From an uncultured Solibacteraceae bacterium (GTDB lineage Bacteria; Acidobacteriota; Terriglobia; Bryobacterales; Bryobacteraceae), in NCBI GenBank assembly GCA_964353255.1, contig CAYGVJ010000007.1:317-64316 (forward strand): a stretch of DNA of 64,000 nt, given 5' to 3'. A model generated the notes under the pieces. It had not been told where the DNA came from. It ran no database searches and was given only the letters and a program-made list of their open reading frames with translations. The position numbers and the translations under genes were made by a program. Below, piece after piece: positions 15,776-25,705 of the stretch; the stretch's first letter is position 1, and each line of letters starts with the position of its first letter.

Positions 15776-17905
15776 ATGAGAACCGGGAAGGCCCAACACT
15801 TGCTTTTTTCCGTCCTGCCGCTGTTGATAGTCCCGGCGGCTGGCTTGGCCGGCGAGCCGATCGACCGGCGGGCGCTGGTCACGCGGCACAACATCGAGCT
15901 GCGCGAGGCCGACCCGTTGTCGCCTCTGTCGGTGGGCAACGGGCAGTTCTGCTTTACGGCGGACGTGACCGGGCTTCAGAGCTTCGAGCAGGAGTATCTG
16001 AAGGGCGTAGCGCTCGGCACTATGGCCGATTGGGCCTGGCACAGCTTCCCCAATCCAGGGGGATTCAATCTTAACCAGGCGCTGGTGCTTGTGGACGCGG
16101 GCGGAAGGCAGGCCACCTATCCGATCAGGATGAACACCCCGGCCACGGAATGGCTGCGCGCCAATCCGCACCGGTTCAGCCTCGCGCAGATAGGCCTGGC
16201 GATCGCGCGAGAGGACGGAACACCGGCGCGTTTGGAAGACCTGAAGAGCATCCGCCAGCGGCTCGACCTTTGGCAGGGAGTGCTGGCCAGCGAATTCGAG
16301 GTGGAAGGCCGGCCAGTGCGGGTGGAAACGGTCTGTCACCCGCGCCTGGATGCAGTCGCGGCGCGCGTCGAGTCGCCGCTGGTGGCGGCCGGCCGGCTGA
16401 AAGTGTTCGTGGCGTACCCGTATCCGGCGGGCGCTTGGGGTCCGGCTCTGAATGACTGGCGCAAGCCGGACAGTCACACCACCGCGGTGACTGCGCGCTC
16501 GAACAACCGCCTCGAGGTGCGTCGCGAGCTGGACGGCACGCGGTACGCCTGCGTCATTGTTCACGAAGACGGCAGCGCCTTGCGGCAGCAAGGCGCCCAT
16601 CGGTGGGAGATTCTGCCTAGGAGCGGCGCCGAGAGGATACGCCTGGCGGTTACCTTCGCGCCCGAATCACCGGTCGCTCAGGCGGCGGCGAGCTTCGACG
16701 AGGCCCGGAAGGCCGCAGTCGCCTGGTGGCCGGCGTATTGGCGGTCCGGCGCCGTAGTGGATCTTTCGCAAAGCCAGGATCCGCGCTGGCGGGAGGTGGA
16801 ACGGCGGGTGATCTTGTCTCAGTACCTGATGGCCATTCAGGAGCGGGGCAAGTATCCGCCGCAGGAAACCGGCCTCACCTGCAATAGCTGGTTCGGCAAG
16901 TTCCATCTGGAAATGCACTGGTGGCACGGCGTGCACTGGGCGTTGTGGGGCCGCGCGGGGGTTTTGGAAGAGCAGCTTGCGTGGTATCGGGATGTGCTCC
17001 CCGTGATGCGGGAGACGGCCAAGCGCCAGGGGTACGAGGGCGCGCGCTGGGGCAAGATGCTGGGGCCCGATGGCCGCGAATCGCCCTCCGGGATAGGGCC
17101 GCTGCTCGTCTGGCAGCAGCCGCACCCCATCTATCTGGCCGAGCTGATCTATCGGGGACGAAAAAACCGAGCCACGCTGGAACGGTACCGCGACATCGTA
17201 TTCGAGACGGCCAGGTTCATGGCCTCCTACCCGGTCTGGGACGGGGACCGGCAGTGCTACAACCTGGGGCCGCCACTGTTGTCGGCGCGCGAGTTCGGGG
17301 GCGCCGGCTACGTTCGGACCAGGAACCCTGGCTTCGAGCTGTCTTATTGGCGCTGGGGCTTGAAGACGGCGAACCAATGGCGCCAGCGCCTGGGCTTGGC
17401 GCCGGAGTCCCGCTGGGAGCATATCGCCGATCACCTAGCCTCCCTGCCCATCCGCGAGGGCATCTACCTGGAGCAGGAGACGCCCCTGGCCCCGGACGGA
17501 GGGCATCCCTGCATGTTGGCCTCCCTTGGTGTTCTCCCGCAGTCTCCCATGGTCGATGCGAAGACGATGGAACGGACCCTGGAGTACGTGCTGCGACGCT
17601 GGCCCAAGGACGCCATGTGGGGCTGGGACTTCCCCATGATGGCGATGACCGCCGCCCGGTTGGGCCGGGGGGATCTGGCGGTTGAGGCCCTGATCTTGCC
17701 CTGGCCGAAGAACCGCTACGCGGCCAGCGGTCACAACTACCAGCGTGCGAACCTGCCGATCTACCTGCCCGCGAACGGGGGATTGCTCGCGGCCATCGCC
17801 ATGATGGCGGCCGGCTGGGACGGCGGCCCGTCCGGAAACGCCCCAGGGTTTCCCGCGGATGGTTCCTGGGTCGTGCGGTGGGAGGGGCTGCGGGTGGCGC
17901 CGTAG
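15776..17905 (+). CDS. Exported putative glycoside hydrolase (six-hairpin, (alpha/alpha)6-like)
   Basis: 709-aa ORF with a signal peptide and Trp/aromatic-rich repeated helical segments typical of six-hairpin glycosidases. Family not assignable by eye. Confidence 0.45.
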   Translation: MRTGKAQHLLFSVLPLLIVPAAGLAGEPIDRRALVTRHNIELREADPLSPLSVGNGQFCFTADVTGLQSFEQEYLKGVALGTMADWAWHSFPNPGGFNLNQALVLVDAGGRQATYPIRMNTPATEWLRANPHRFSLAQIGLAIAREDGTPARLEDLKSIRQRLDLWQGVLASEFEVEGRPVRVETVCHPRLDAVAARVESPLVAAGRLKVFVAYPYPAGAWGPALNDWRKPDSHTTAVTARSNNRLEVRRELDGTRYACVIVHEDGSALRQQGAHRWEILPRSGAERIRLAVTFAPESPVAQAAASFDEARKAAVAWWPAYWRSGAVVDLSQSQDPRWREVERRVILSQYLMAIQERGKYPPQETGLTCNSWFGKFHLEMHWWHGVHWALWGRAGVLEEQLAWYRDVLPVMRETAKRQGYEGARWGKMLGPDGRESPSGIGPLLVWQQPHPIYLAELIYRGRKNRATLERYRDIVFETARFMASYPVWDGDRQCYNLGPPLLSAREFGGAGYVRTRNPGFELSYWRWGLKTANQWRQRLGLAPESRWEHIADHLASLPIREGIYLEQETPLAPDGGHPCMLASLGVLPQSPMVDAKTMERTLEYVLRRWPKDAMWGWDFPMMAMTAARLGRGDLAVEALILPWPKNRYAASGHNYQRANLPIYLPANGGLLAAIAMMAAGWDGGPSGNAPGFPADGSWVVRWEGLRVAP

Positions 17906-17979
17906 ACTTGACAAGTCGGGAGACTTATCCTACGCCCGGCTCTTGGTATGATGTTCTACCGATTGCGAGGACTGCTTAG

Positions 17980-19986
17980 ATGAGCGAAACCAAGTTCCGT
18001 CCCTACGTTCCCGAGAAAACCGACCTCGCCGAATTCACCGTCCGGGCGGTAGTGCTGGGCCTGGTGATGACGGTGGTGTTGGGGGCCGCTAACGCCTACC
18101 TGGGTCTGCGAGCCGGGATGACCATTGCCGCCACATATCCGGCGGCGGTCATCAGCATGGCGGTGCTGCGGCTGTGGCGCGGCTCGATCCTGGAGGAGAA
18201 CATCGCCCGCACCGTCGGCTCGATCGGCGAGTCGGTGGCCGCCGGCGCCATTTTCACCATCCCGGCGTTCGTCATCTCCGGGGCCTGGAAGACGTTCGAC
18301 CCCGGAGTGGCGTACTGGAAATCCACCGTGCTGATGCTGGTGGGCGGCATTCTGGGCATCCTGTTCGTGACCCTGCTGCGGCGGGTAATGGTGGAAGATC
18401 CCGACCTGGGCTTCCCGGAATCGGTGGCGGCGGGCGAGATCCACAAAGCCGGGCAGCGCGGCAGCGGGGCGGCCAAGATCCTCTTCAGCAACATGGCATT
18501 TGGGTCGGTGATCTATGCCCTGGGCGTCGTCAAGCTGTACGCCGCCGGCAAGACTTTTTTGTTGGCGGTCGGCGAGACGGGCAAGAGCCTGGTGCGGCTG
18601 GTGAGCAAGGGCTACCGGCAGGAGGTGGGGGTCGGCGGCGTCACGGCGGCAGCGATGCCGGCGATCAGCCCAGCGTATCTGGGCGTGGGTTACATCATCG
18701 GGCCGCGGCTGGCGGCGCTGAACTTCTCCGGCGGCGTGCTGGCGTGGGGACTGTTGATTCCGCTGCTGGCCTACTTCCTGGGGCCGCAACTGGCGCCCTC
18801 GAACCCCAACTGGGAGACGGTCAGTGACGCGGTCTGGAAGTCCATCGTGCGCCCCATCGCGGTAGGGGGCATGCTGGTGGGCGCCGGCTTCACGCTGTTC
18901 CGGATGCGCAAGAACCTGGCCCGCGGCCTGGCGCGGGCCGTGTCGGACGTTAGGAAAGCCGGGGCCAAGGCGCAGGTCACTTCCCGGCTGGACCGCGACC
19001 TGAGCGCCAAGACGGTCTTCGCCGGGCTGGGCGTCACTTTCGTCTGCATGGCGCTGCTGTACGCCTACTTCGCCAACATGCTCTCCGGGGGCGTGGTGGC
19101 GGCGCTGGTGATGATCGTGCTGGGCTTTTTCTTTGCCGCGGTCTCGGGCAACTTGGTGGGCCTGATCGGTTCCTCGAACAACCCGATTTCGGGCCTGACG
19201 CTATCGACGCTGATCGTGGCGGCGCTGTTGATGGTCTCGATCGGCGTTTCAGGTGTGGGCGGCGTGGCGGCGGTCCTGGGCGTGGCCGCGGTGGTATGCG
19301 TGTCCTCGGCGGTGGCGGGCGAGATGCTCCAGGACCTGAAGGTGGGACATATTCTGGGCGGGACCCCGCGGAGCATGCAGATCGGCGACGTGCTGGGAGT
19401 GGTGTTTGCCAGTCTGCTGATGTATTTCCCCCTGCTGGTGTTGCACCAGGGGAACATCAACGCCGGAGGCATCGGCTTCGGCGACAAGGAATTATCGGCG
19501 CCGCAGGCCGGCCTGATGGCCTCCCTCGCCCAGGGTATCGTGGGGGGCGGCATGCCCTGGCCGCTCATCGCGGTGGGCGTGCTGATGGGCTTCACGCTCA
19601 TCATGGTGCAGGTGCGCAGCCCCATGCTGTTCGCCGTGGGCATGTACCTGCCGCTGGAGACCACGTCGGCGATCTTCGTCGGCGGCGTGTTCCGCTGGAT
19701 CACCGACAGCCTGAGCAAGCGGCGGGGTTTCAACGAGGCCCAGAAGACGCGGGTGGAGAACGCCGGCATTCTCACCGCTTCGGGCCTGATCGCCGGCGAG
19801 GCCCTGACCGGGCTGGTAGTGGCGACCTTCAAGTTCTTCGAGTGGCCGCTGCCGGTAATCTTCAAGGAGCCGTCCATCCTGGCGGGGCTGGTGGTGCTGG
19901 CGCTGATCGCCGGGATCATGATCCGGGTGCCGCTAGGCAGCGCCGGACGGCCGGAGGAGGCCGCGCCGCCGGCGGCGATGATGTAA
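17980..19986 (+). CDS. OPT-family oligopeptide transporter
   Basis: 668 aa, about 16 hydrophobic segments. N-terminal pattern EFT.RA...G......GAANAYLGL..GMT..A..PAAV.S is typical of bacterial OPT proteins. Confidence 0.85.
   Translation: MSETKFRPYVPEKTDLAEFTVRAVVLGLVMTVVLGAANAYLGLRAGMTIAATYPAAVISMAVLRLWRGSILEENIARTVGSIGESVAAGAIFTIPAFVISGAWKTFDPGVAYWKSTVLMLVGGILGILFVTLLRRVMVEDPDLGFPESVAAGEIHKAGQRGSGAAKILFSNMAFGSVIYALGVVKLYAAGKTFLLAVGETGKSLVRLVSKGYRQEVGVGGVTAAAMPAISPAYLGVGYIIGPRLAALNFSGGVLAWGLLIPLLAYFLGPQLAPSNPNWETVSDAVWKSIVRPIAVGGMLVGAGFTLFRMRKNLARGLARAVSDVRKAGAKAQVTSRLDRDLSAKTVFAGLGVTFVCMALLYAYFANMLSGGVVAALVMIVLGFFFAAVSGNLVGLIGSSNNPISGLTLSTLIVAALLMVSIGVSGVGGVAAVLGVAAVVCVSSAVAGEMLQDLKVGHILGGTPRSMQIGDVLGVVFASLLMYFPLLVLHQGNINAGGIGFGDKELSAPQAGLMASLAQGIVGGGMPWPLIAVGVLMGFTLIMVQVRSPMLFAVGMYLPLETTSAIFVGGVFRWITDSLSKRRGFNEAQKTRVENAGILTASGLIAGEALTGLVVATFKFFEWPLPVIFKEPSILAGLVVLALIAGIMIRVPLGSAGRPEEAAPPAAMM
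19960..19984 (+). repeat. 25-nt direct repeat, copy 1 (last codons of the OPT gene)
   Basis: GCCGCGCCGCCGGCGGCGATGATGT is identical to 20613-20637. Here it is followed by AA, giving TAA. Confidence 0.9.
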
Positions 19987-20067
19987 ACGTCCGTTGTGGT
20001 CCGCAGAATCATCTGTGGGATCCTAAGCAAGTTCGTTCGGGCGGTCAGGTTGTGGTGAGGGCTTCTG

Positions 20068-20349
20068 GTGGGGTATACATTTGAGTGGGACCCGAAGAAG
20101 GCGGAGTCCAACGCCCGAAAGCACGGCGTGACCTTCGACGAGGCATCAACGGTCTTCGGCGATCCACTGGCGCTCCTCATGCCCGACCCGGATCACTCTC
20201 TGGACGAGGAGCGGTATCTATTGCTCGGAACATCGAGTCAGCATAGGCTCCTCGTGGTGGCTTTTGCGGAGCGAGCGCCGCGCACCCGCCTGATCTCGGC
20301 GAGAGGAGCCACTCAGCGCGAGCGGAGGCGCTATGAAGAAGAAGGCTAG
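20068..20349 (+). CDS. brnT: BrnT (DUF497) ribonuclease toxin
   Basis: FEWDPKKAESNARKHGVTFDEASTVFGDP....D.DHS..EERY...G......LLVV.......RLISAR.AT..ERR.Y is the canonical BrnT pattern. Confidence 0.85.
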   Translation: MGYTFEWDPKKAESNARKHGVTFDEASTVFGDPLALLMPDPDHSLDEERYLLLGTSSQHRLLVVAFAERAPRTRLISARGATQRERRRYEEEG

Positions 20350-20581
20350 TGGTCGCCATCGGAATAGCGACCGCGACACGATGCGACCAGAGTACGACTT
20401 CTCTGCGGCGGTTCGAGGCGCGACTGCGGCGAGATACGCTCAGGGCGCCAACGTCGCTGTGATCGATCCGGAGGTGCTGGACGTGTTTCCCGACGGCGCC
20501 GCCGTGAACCAAGCGCTCCGCGCTCTCGCGCCCGTCCTGCGCCAACAACGTCAGGTCCCGACGAAGCAGGGAAGCGCCTAA
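20333..20581 (+). CDS. Cognate antitoxin of BrnT (BrnA position)
   Basis: Overlaps brnT by 17 nt. The EYDFS...NVAVIDPEVLDVFPD..AVNQALRAL pattern is common in BrnT partners. Confidence 0.6.
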   Translation: MKKKASGRHRNSDRDTMRPEYDFSAAVRGATAARYAQGANVAVIDPEVLDVFPDGAAVNQALRALAPVLRQQRQVPTKQGSA

Positions 20582-20612
20582 CAGACAAAAGATCCCTGAA
20601 CACACGGCTGAA

Positions 20613-20637
20613 GCCGCGCCGCCGGCGGCGATGATGT
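20613..20637 (+). repeat. 25-nt direct repeat, copy 2 (displaced OPT gene terminus)
   Basis: Identical to 19960-19984. Followed by GA, giving TGA. Confidence 0.9.
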
Positions 20638-20648
20638 GAGCGGGGGCC

Positions 20649-22526
20649 TTACAGCACCACGCGCTGGTCGCCTTCGCGGCGGGTGAGGCGCTCGCGGTCC
20701 AGGTATTCGAGCAGCGGAATGGCGTACTTGCGCGAGACGCCGGCCAGCTCCTTGAACTCCGCCACGGTCAGCCGGCGGCCTTTGTAGCCGCTCATTTTCC
20801 GGCGCAGCTCCTGGAGGGCGGCGGAGTGGAAGACCAGCTCGTCGCCCACGCGGACGAGTCGGCCTTGGCGGAGCAGCAGTTGGAGCAGCGAGCGGGCGCG
20901 CGCCGGCTCGAGGCCGGATTTCGCCAGCACCTCGGCCACCGCGGGCACGCCCAGGCCGGCCTCGAGGAAGGCCTTCTCGATGGCCGCCAAGGCCTGCTCC
21001 TCGTCGTGCTTCAGCGCCGGCTTGTGCGTCACCAGGCGAACCGCTTCGCCCTCCGCGACGATTCCGGTAGAGCCCTCGAGCAAGGCGTCCAGCAGGAAGG
21101 CGGGCGCCTCCGGCAGCTCGCGGCTGCGGAGTTCCTGCTTGGGCATCCCGGGCAGCAAGGGGTTCTGCGCGTGGAAGGCTTCCAGTACCTGAGTGAGGCG
21201 TTGCAACGTAGCGCCCGCCCACTGCCGGTCTGCCACCCAGAGCTGCGGCTGGCGGAACAGCAGCAGGCGCTCGGATTGAGCGGCGCGTTCCAGCTCGTGC
21301 TCAGAAGAGCCGGTGCGGGCCACCAGCTCCGCCAGGCTCAGGCCGTAGCGCGACTCGCGCACCAGCAGCTCGACGCGCTCCTCCAACGTTCCCTCCGCCA
21401 GAATCTTCAGGCGAGTGGCCGCGCGCTCGCCACGTCGATACCTGTGACCGCTGATGTCCAGCACCGTGCCGCCGCCGATGGTCACTACGGGCGAGAACAT
21501 GCGGATGATGAAGCGGTCGCCGGGCAGCACCAGCAGCGGTTGCTCGAAGCGCAGCCGGGCATAGGTGCGGGCGCCGGGCTGCAACGTCTCGGTGCCGTCC
21601 AGCAGCCGCACCTGGGCCTCTACTTCCGCGGTTCCGGCGTGGAAATGCACCGGCGCCCGCTGCTTCAAAGGCTTCGCCGAGGGCAGCAGCTCCAGCAGGC
21701 AGTCCAGTTCGGCGGTGGCGCGAAGGCGCCCCGGTTCGGAGAGCACCATGCCGCGTGCCAGCTCGGACGCCTCGGCGCCCACCAGGTTCAGGGCGGTGCG
21801 CTGCCCGGCCAGGGCCCGCTCGACGGCGGCGCCGTGCACCTGGATCCCGCGGACCCGCAAGCGCCGCCCACCGGGATGAACTTCCACTTCCTGCTCGTGC
21901 GCCACCGAGCCTGAGATGAGCGTTCCGGTGACCACCGTTCCGAAGCCGCGCATCGAGAAAGCGCGGTCGATGGGCAGGCGCAGGCAGCGCGAGGCGTCCT
22001 TGAGGGGGACCGTCGAGGCCGCTTCCCGCAGACGCGCCACCAGCTCTTCGAGTCCCTGGCCGGTCACCGAGCTGACTGCGAGGATGGGCGCGCCCTCCAG
22101 GAACGAGCCGGCAACGAAGTCCTCCACTTCCAACCGGACCAAGTCCAGGATGTCGCGCTCGACCAAGTCGGCTTTGGTCAGAACCACGATGCCTTGCGGG
22201 ATGCCGAGCAGCCGGCAGATGTCGAAGTGCTCGCGCGTCTGGGGCTTGACGGACTCATCGGCAGCGATCACCAGCAACAGCAGATCGATGCCGCCCACCC
22301 CGGCCAGCATGTTCTTGACGAACCGCTCGTGACCGGGCACGTCCACAAAACCCAGGCGTATGTCGGGGGGCAGGTCCAGGTGGGCGAAACCCAGGTCGAT
22401 GGAGATGCCGCGGCGCTTCTCTTCTTCCAGCCGGTCAGTGTCGATGCCGGTGAGCGCCCGGACCAAGGCGGTCTTGCCGTGGTCGATGTGGCCGGCGGTT
22501 CCGACGATGACGTGACGCATACCCAC
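20649..22526 (-). CDS. selB: Selenocysteine-specific translation elongation factor
   Basis: GTPase motifs [16 protein letters not shown] and TKADL, then EF-Tu-like domains II/III and a long winged-helix C-terminal SECIS-binding extension. 625 aa. Confidence 0.9.
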   Translation of the reverse strand: MGMRHVIVGTAGHIDHGKTALVRALTGIDTDRLEEEKRRGISIDLGFAHLDLPPDIRLGFVDVPGHERFVKNMLAGVGGIDLLLLVIAADESVKPQTREHFDICRLLGIPQGIVVLTKADLVERDILDLVRLEVEDFVAGSFLEGAPILAVSSVTGQGLEELVARLREAASTVPLKDASRCLRLPIDRAFSMRGFGTVVTGTLISGSVAHEQEVEVHPGGRRLRVRGIQVHGAAVERALAGQRTALNLVGAEASELARGMVLSEPGRLRATAELDCLLELLPSAKPLKQRAPVHFHAGTAEVEAQVRLLDGTETLQPGARTYARLRFEQPLLVLPGDRFIIRMFSPVVTIGGGTVLDISGHRYRRGERAATRLKILAEGTLEERVELLVRESRYGLSLAELVARTGSSEHELERAAQSERLLLFRQPQLWVADRQWAGATLQRLTQVLEAFHAQNPLLPGMPKQELRSRELPEAPAFLLDALLEGSTGIVAEGEAVRLVTHKPALKHDEEQALAAIEKAFLEAGLGVPAVAEVLAKSGLEPARARSLLQLLLRQGRLVRVGDELVFHSAALQELRRKMSGYKGRRLTVAEFKELAGVSRKYAIPLLEYLDRERLTRREGDQRVVL

Positions 22527-22533
22527 TCGCGGT

Positions 22534-24096
22534 TCAGGCGCTGCGCTTGCCGCGCGGCAGGTAACGCGGCGCGCAGTAGCGGTTGGGCGGTTGTCCGATT
22601 GAGTTGCGCGCCTGCACGTCCCCGAAGGGGTCCTCGAAGCGGGCCATCAGGGCGTACAGGCAGGCGCGCATGTCGTCGGTGGCCTCCCGGTAGCGCGGGT
22701 CGTCCACCGCGTTGTGCAGTTCCTCGGGGTCTTTCTCCAGGTCGTACAGCTCGTCGAAGTCGAACCCGTTGAAGACGTACTTGTAGCGCGGGGTGATGGC
22801 GATGCGCTGGGTGTAGAGGAACTCGCCGCCGTAGTAGGCGCACATGATCTGGTCGTCCCAATCCGCGCGCGCGGGATCGGCGAGCAGCGGCTGCAAAGCG
22901 CGGCCGTCGGCGAACGGCAGGGGCTGCGCGCCGGCTGCCTGGACATAGGTGTGCGCGAGGTCGTGCGTCTGCATCAGGTGCGCGCAGCGCGAACCCGGAC
23001 GCACGACGCCCGGCCAGCGCACGATAAACGGCACGCGGTAGCACTCCTCGTAGGGGATCCAGCCCTTGATCCACATGCGGTGCGCCCCCACCATGTCGCC
23101 GTGGTCGGTGGTGAAGACCACCAGGGTATTGCCGGCCTCAGCGGTCTTGTCCAGCGCGTCCAGAATCCGCCCGATCTGTGCGTCCAACTGCTCGACGTAG
23201 GCGTAGTAGTAGGCGCGGCTCTGCCGGTAGTCCTCCTCAGTCACTTTGCCCCAGCTCTCCGATTCGCGCCGGTGCAGGCCAGGTTTACCGCGGAAGCTGT
23301 CGTAAAAGCTCTTCGGCACCTTGATGGCGCGCGGGTCGTAGCGGTCCAGGTATTGCTTGAGGGGAAAGTAAGGGTCGTGCGGCTCGACGAAGTGGACTTC
23401 GAGGTGCCACGGCTCGGCGCCGCGCGCGAAGCGGTTCATCATGCGGATGGCGCACTCGGCCAGGTGAAATTCCGGCGTGGCCTCCTCGGGCCCCTCGCGG
23501 TAGCCCCACATAGCGAAGGGCTCGCTGCCCGGCCACTGCATCTGGCGCGTGACGGTGCGCTTTAGTTGCGCCTTGGGGCGCGCGACGCGGTCGGGGTTCA
23601 GATCGTACTTCTTGAGCGCCTCCGGCCAGCAGCCCTGCACGGCGGCGCCCTCGTGAAAGCCGAAATCGAAGGGCGTGCGCACCCAGGAGGCATGCCACTT
23701 GCCGACGTAGCCCAGCCGGTAGCCCGCCTCGCGTAGCCGCTGCGAATACAGCACCACGTCCGGATTCATGTCGCGGTGCACGGAGGGCGAGGAGTGGATC
23801 TGGTTGTACACCCCGTTGTGCCAGTGGTAGGCGCCGGAGAGCATCATGGCGCGCGCCGGGCAGCACACTGCCGAGGGCGTGTAGGAACGCTCGAAGAGCA
23901 TGCCGGCTTCGGCCAGGCGGTTCAGGTTGGGCGTGCGGCACTCCGAGCGGCCCGCGATGGTGCCCCACTGCTGCTGGTCGCTCAGAATGTGCAGGATGTT
24001 GGGACGCCGCGCGCCCGCGGCACCCGCCGGCGCGATGGCCGCGCCGGTAACGAATTCACGACGGTTCAGCATCGGCCCCAGCATAACGTAGCGCAA
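22534..24096 (-). CDS. Exported sulfatase (formylglycine-dependent arylsulfatase family)
   Basis: Twin-arginine-like leader (NRREFVTGAA), N-terminal NILHILSDQQ and a C-x-P-x-R motif (SAVCCPARAMMLSG). The start may be an internal Met (24072). Confidence 0.85.
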   Translation of the reverse strand: MRYVMLGPMLNRREFVTGAAIAPAGAAGARRPNILHILSDQQQWGTIAGRSECRTPNLNRLAEAGMLFERSYTPSAVCCPARAMMLSGAYHWHNGVYNQIHSSPSVHRDMNPDVVLYSQRLREAGYRLGYVGKWHASWVRTPFDFGFHEGAAVQGCWPEALKKYDLNPDRVARPKAQLKRTVTRQMQWPGSEPFAMWGYREGPEEATPEFHLAECAIRMMNRFARGAEPWHLEVHFVEPHDPYFPLKQYLDRYDPRAIKVPKSFYDSFRGKPGLHRRESESWGKVTEEDYRQSRAYYYAYVEQLDAQIGRILDALDKTAEAGNTLVVFTTDHGDMVGAHRMWIKGWIPYEECYRVPFIVRWPGVVRPGSRCAHLMQTHDLAHTYVQAAGAQPLPFADGRALQPLLADPARADWDDQIMCAYYGGEFLYTQRIAITPRYKYVFNGFDFDELYDLEKDPEELHNAVDDPRYREATDDMRACLYALMARFEDPFGDVQARNSIGQPPNRYCAPRYLPRGKRSA

Positions 24097-24119
24097 CAGC
24101 GCGGTGTTACCCTGAGGGC

Positions 24120-25028
24120 TTGCGCCGTCATCCTCTCTTCAAAGCGTATGTCGCGCTGGTGGCGATCTGCTTCTTCTGGGGCACGACCTACCTGGGAATC
24201 CGGATGGCCCTGGAGTCCTTCCCTCCGCTGCTGCTGGTGAGCCTGCGTTTCCTGGTTTCCGGAGGTGTGCTGCTGGTGGCCGCCCGGCTGGTGGGAGCGC
24301 ACTTGCCTGGAGGCCGGGACCTGCTGATCTCGGCGTTCACCGGGTTTCTGAATCTCGGGATAGGGAACGCCTGCCTGACCTTCTCGGAATTGTGGATTCC
24401 GAGCGGCTGGGCGGCGTTGATTATCAGCATGTCGCCGCTCTGGATGGTGACCATCGAATCCTTGATGCCGGGGGGAGAACGGATGCACCGCCCGGGGCTC
24501 CTGGGGCTGCTGGTGGGCCTGGCCGGGGTCGGGCTGCTGCTATCCTCCGACATCACTGGCGCCCGATTCGGCGGCGCCCTGGTCAAAGGGTTCCTGGTTC
24601 TGCAACTAGGCACCGCGGCATGGTCGTTCGGGTCAATCTACCAGAGACGGCAAGCGACGCCCGTTCATCCGGTGGTCACCGGCGCCGTCCAGCAGCTTGC
24701 CGCGGGTCTGGCGTTCCTGCTACCTGCCTTACTGGTGCCGGAGCAGCCGGTGCGCTGGAGCTTTCGCGGGGCGGCGGCGCTGGTGTACCTGATGGTGTTC
24801 GGCTCGATCATCGGCTACAGCGCGTACGTCTATGCGCTGAGTCACCTGCGGGTGGCGGTGGTTTCGATCTACCCTTACGTCAATCCCGTGGTGGCCGTGG
24901 CGCTGGGCTGGCTGTTCTACCGTGAGCCGTTCGGGATGCGGGAGGGCGCGGCTATGGCGGTCATTTTCGCAGGTGTGCTGCTGGTGAAGCGGTCCACGCC
25001 TGGGGCGCGTCCGGCGCCCTCAGACTAG
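24120..25028 (+). CDS. EamA/DMT-family transporter
   Basis: About 10 hydrophobic helices in two EamA-like halves. TTG start. Confidence 0.75.
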   Translation: MRRHPLFKAYVALVAICFFWGTTYLGIRMALESFPPLLLVSLRFLVSGGVLLVAARLVGAHLPGGRDLLISAFTGFLNLGIGNACLTFSELWIPSGWAALIISMSPLWMVTIESLMPGGERMHRPGLLGLLVGLAGVGLLLSSDITGARFGGALVKGFLVLQLGTAAWSFGSIYQRRQATPVHPVVTGAVQQLAAGLAFLLPALLVPEQPVRWSFRGAAALVYLMVFGSIIGYSAYVYALSHLRVAVVSIYPYVNPVVAVALGWLFYREPFGMREGAAMAVIFAGVLLVKRSTPGARPAPSD

Positions 25029-25645
25029 TTCTTCCGCAGCAGCTTGGCGCCCAAGGCCCCGCCGGCCACCGGCAGCAGCGCGAACAGCAGGAACAGGAAG
25101 ACCAGGGAAAACACCAGGTTGATGGCCATCCCCACCGGGCTTTGCATCAACTCGACCACCTGGTCCAGGTTGTCCCGCAGCAAGGGAACCTGGCTCAGCC
25201 GTTGGCGATCGGTGAACAGCCCGCTGCGCGCGGCGGCCAGGAAGTTGATAGTGAAAAGTACGGTGAAGATGGCGAAGGAAAACACGCCCGTTAACCAGCC
25301 GACGCGCGCGCCGCTCGCCACCGACAGCGCCTGACCGCTGCGCCGCAAGTAGACGTAAACCGCCAGAAAGCCGGCGCCCACCAGCCACAGCGGGGCGGCC
25401 AGGAACAGGTAGGGGAACAGGGTCAGCAGATTGGCCAGCAAGGCGGCCAGAAACGCGGCTCGTAGCGCCAGCCGGTTGCGGAAGTCAATGGCGGGCGGCG
25501 GCTTGGGCGCCCGGCGCTCAGCTTCGGGGAGGGCGCGCGGCGGCGCAGGCTCGGCGAAGTCCTCCTCGCGCTGGGGCTTGCCACACCGGTGGCAGAAGCG
25601 GGCGTCAGGCGGCAGCTCCGCGCCGCAGGTGCAGAACTCGGCCAC
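25025..25645 (-). CDS. Zinc-ribbon membrane protein
   Basis: CTCGAELPPDARFCHRCG zinc ribbon followed by four hydrophobic segments. I chose the GTG start at 25645; the 306-aa extension overlaps the divergent gene. Confidence 0.55.
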   Translation of the reverse strand: MAEFCTCGAELPPDARFCHRCGKPQREEDFAEPAPPRALPEAERRAPKPPPAIDFRNRLALRAAFLAALLANLLTLFPYLFLAAPLWLVGAGFLAVYVYLRRSGQALSVASGARVGWLTGVFSFAIFTVLFTINFLAAARSGLFTDRQRLSQVPLLRDNLDQVVELMQSPVGMAINLVFSLVFLFLLFALLPVAGGALGAKLLRKN

Positions 25646-25705
25646 GCCTCCAGTGTGCCACGACCGGCCTGTGGCGCGCGAATCTGTGTTACAGTCGTCT
25701 CGTTC

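Larger units (their letters stand above)
19985..20612 (+). mobile_element. BrnTA cassette inserted at the OPT gene terminus, bounded by a 25-nt target-like duplication
   Basis: The segment between identical repeats contains only brnT and its antitoxin. The displaced copy still ends in a stop (TGA) 10 nt from the convergent selB stop. Confidence 0.5.

Noticed and set aside
17908-17952. TTGACA (17908) and TGgTATGAT (17944-17952) as a promoter for the OPT gene
   Set aside because: The two elements are 33 nt apart, too far for one sigma-70 promoter. The extended -10 alone is plausible, but sequence alone cannot support it.
20013-20605. Terminal inverted repeats for the BrnTA cassette (GGGATC / GATCCC)
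   Set aside because: Only 6 bp are perfectly complementary. That is well within chance expectation.
25025-25028. Convergent genes sharing overlapping stop codons through a CTAG palindrome
   Set aside because: Real but trivial. It is a by-product of tight convergent packing, not a functional element I can argue for.
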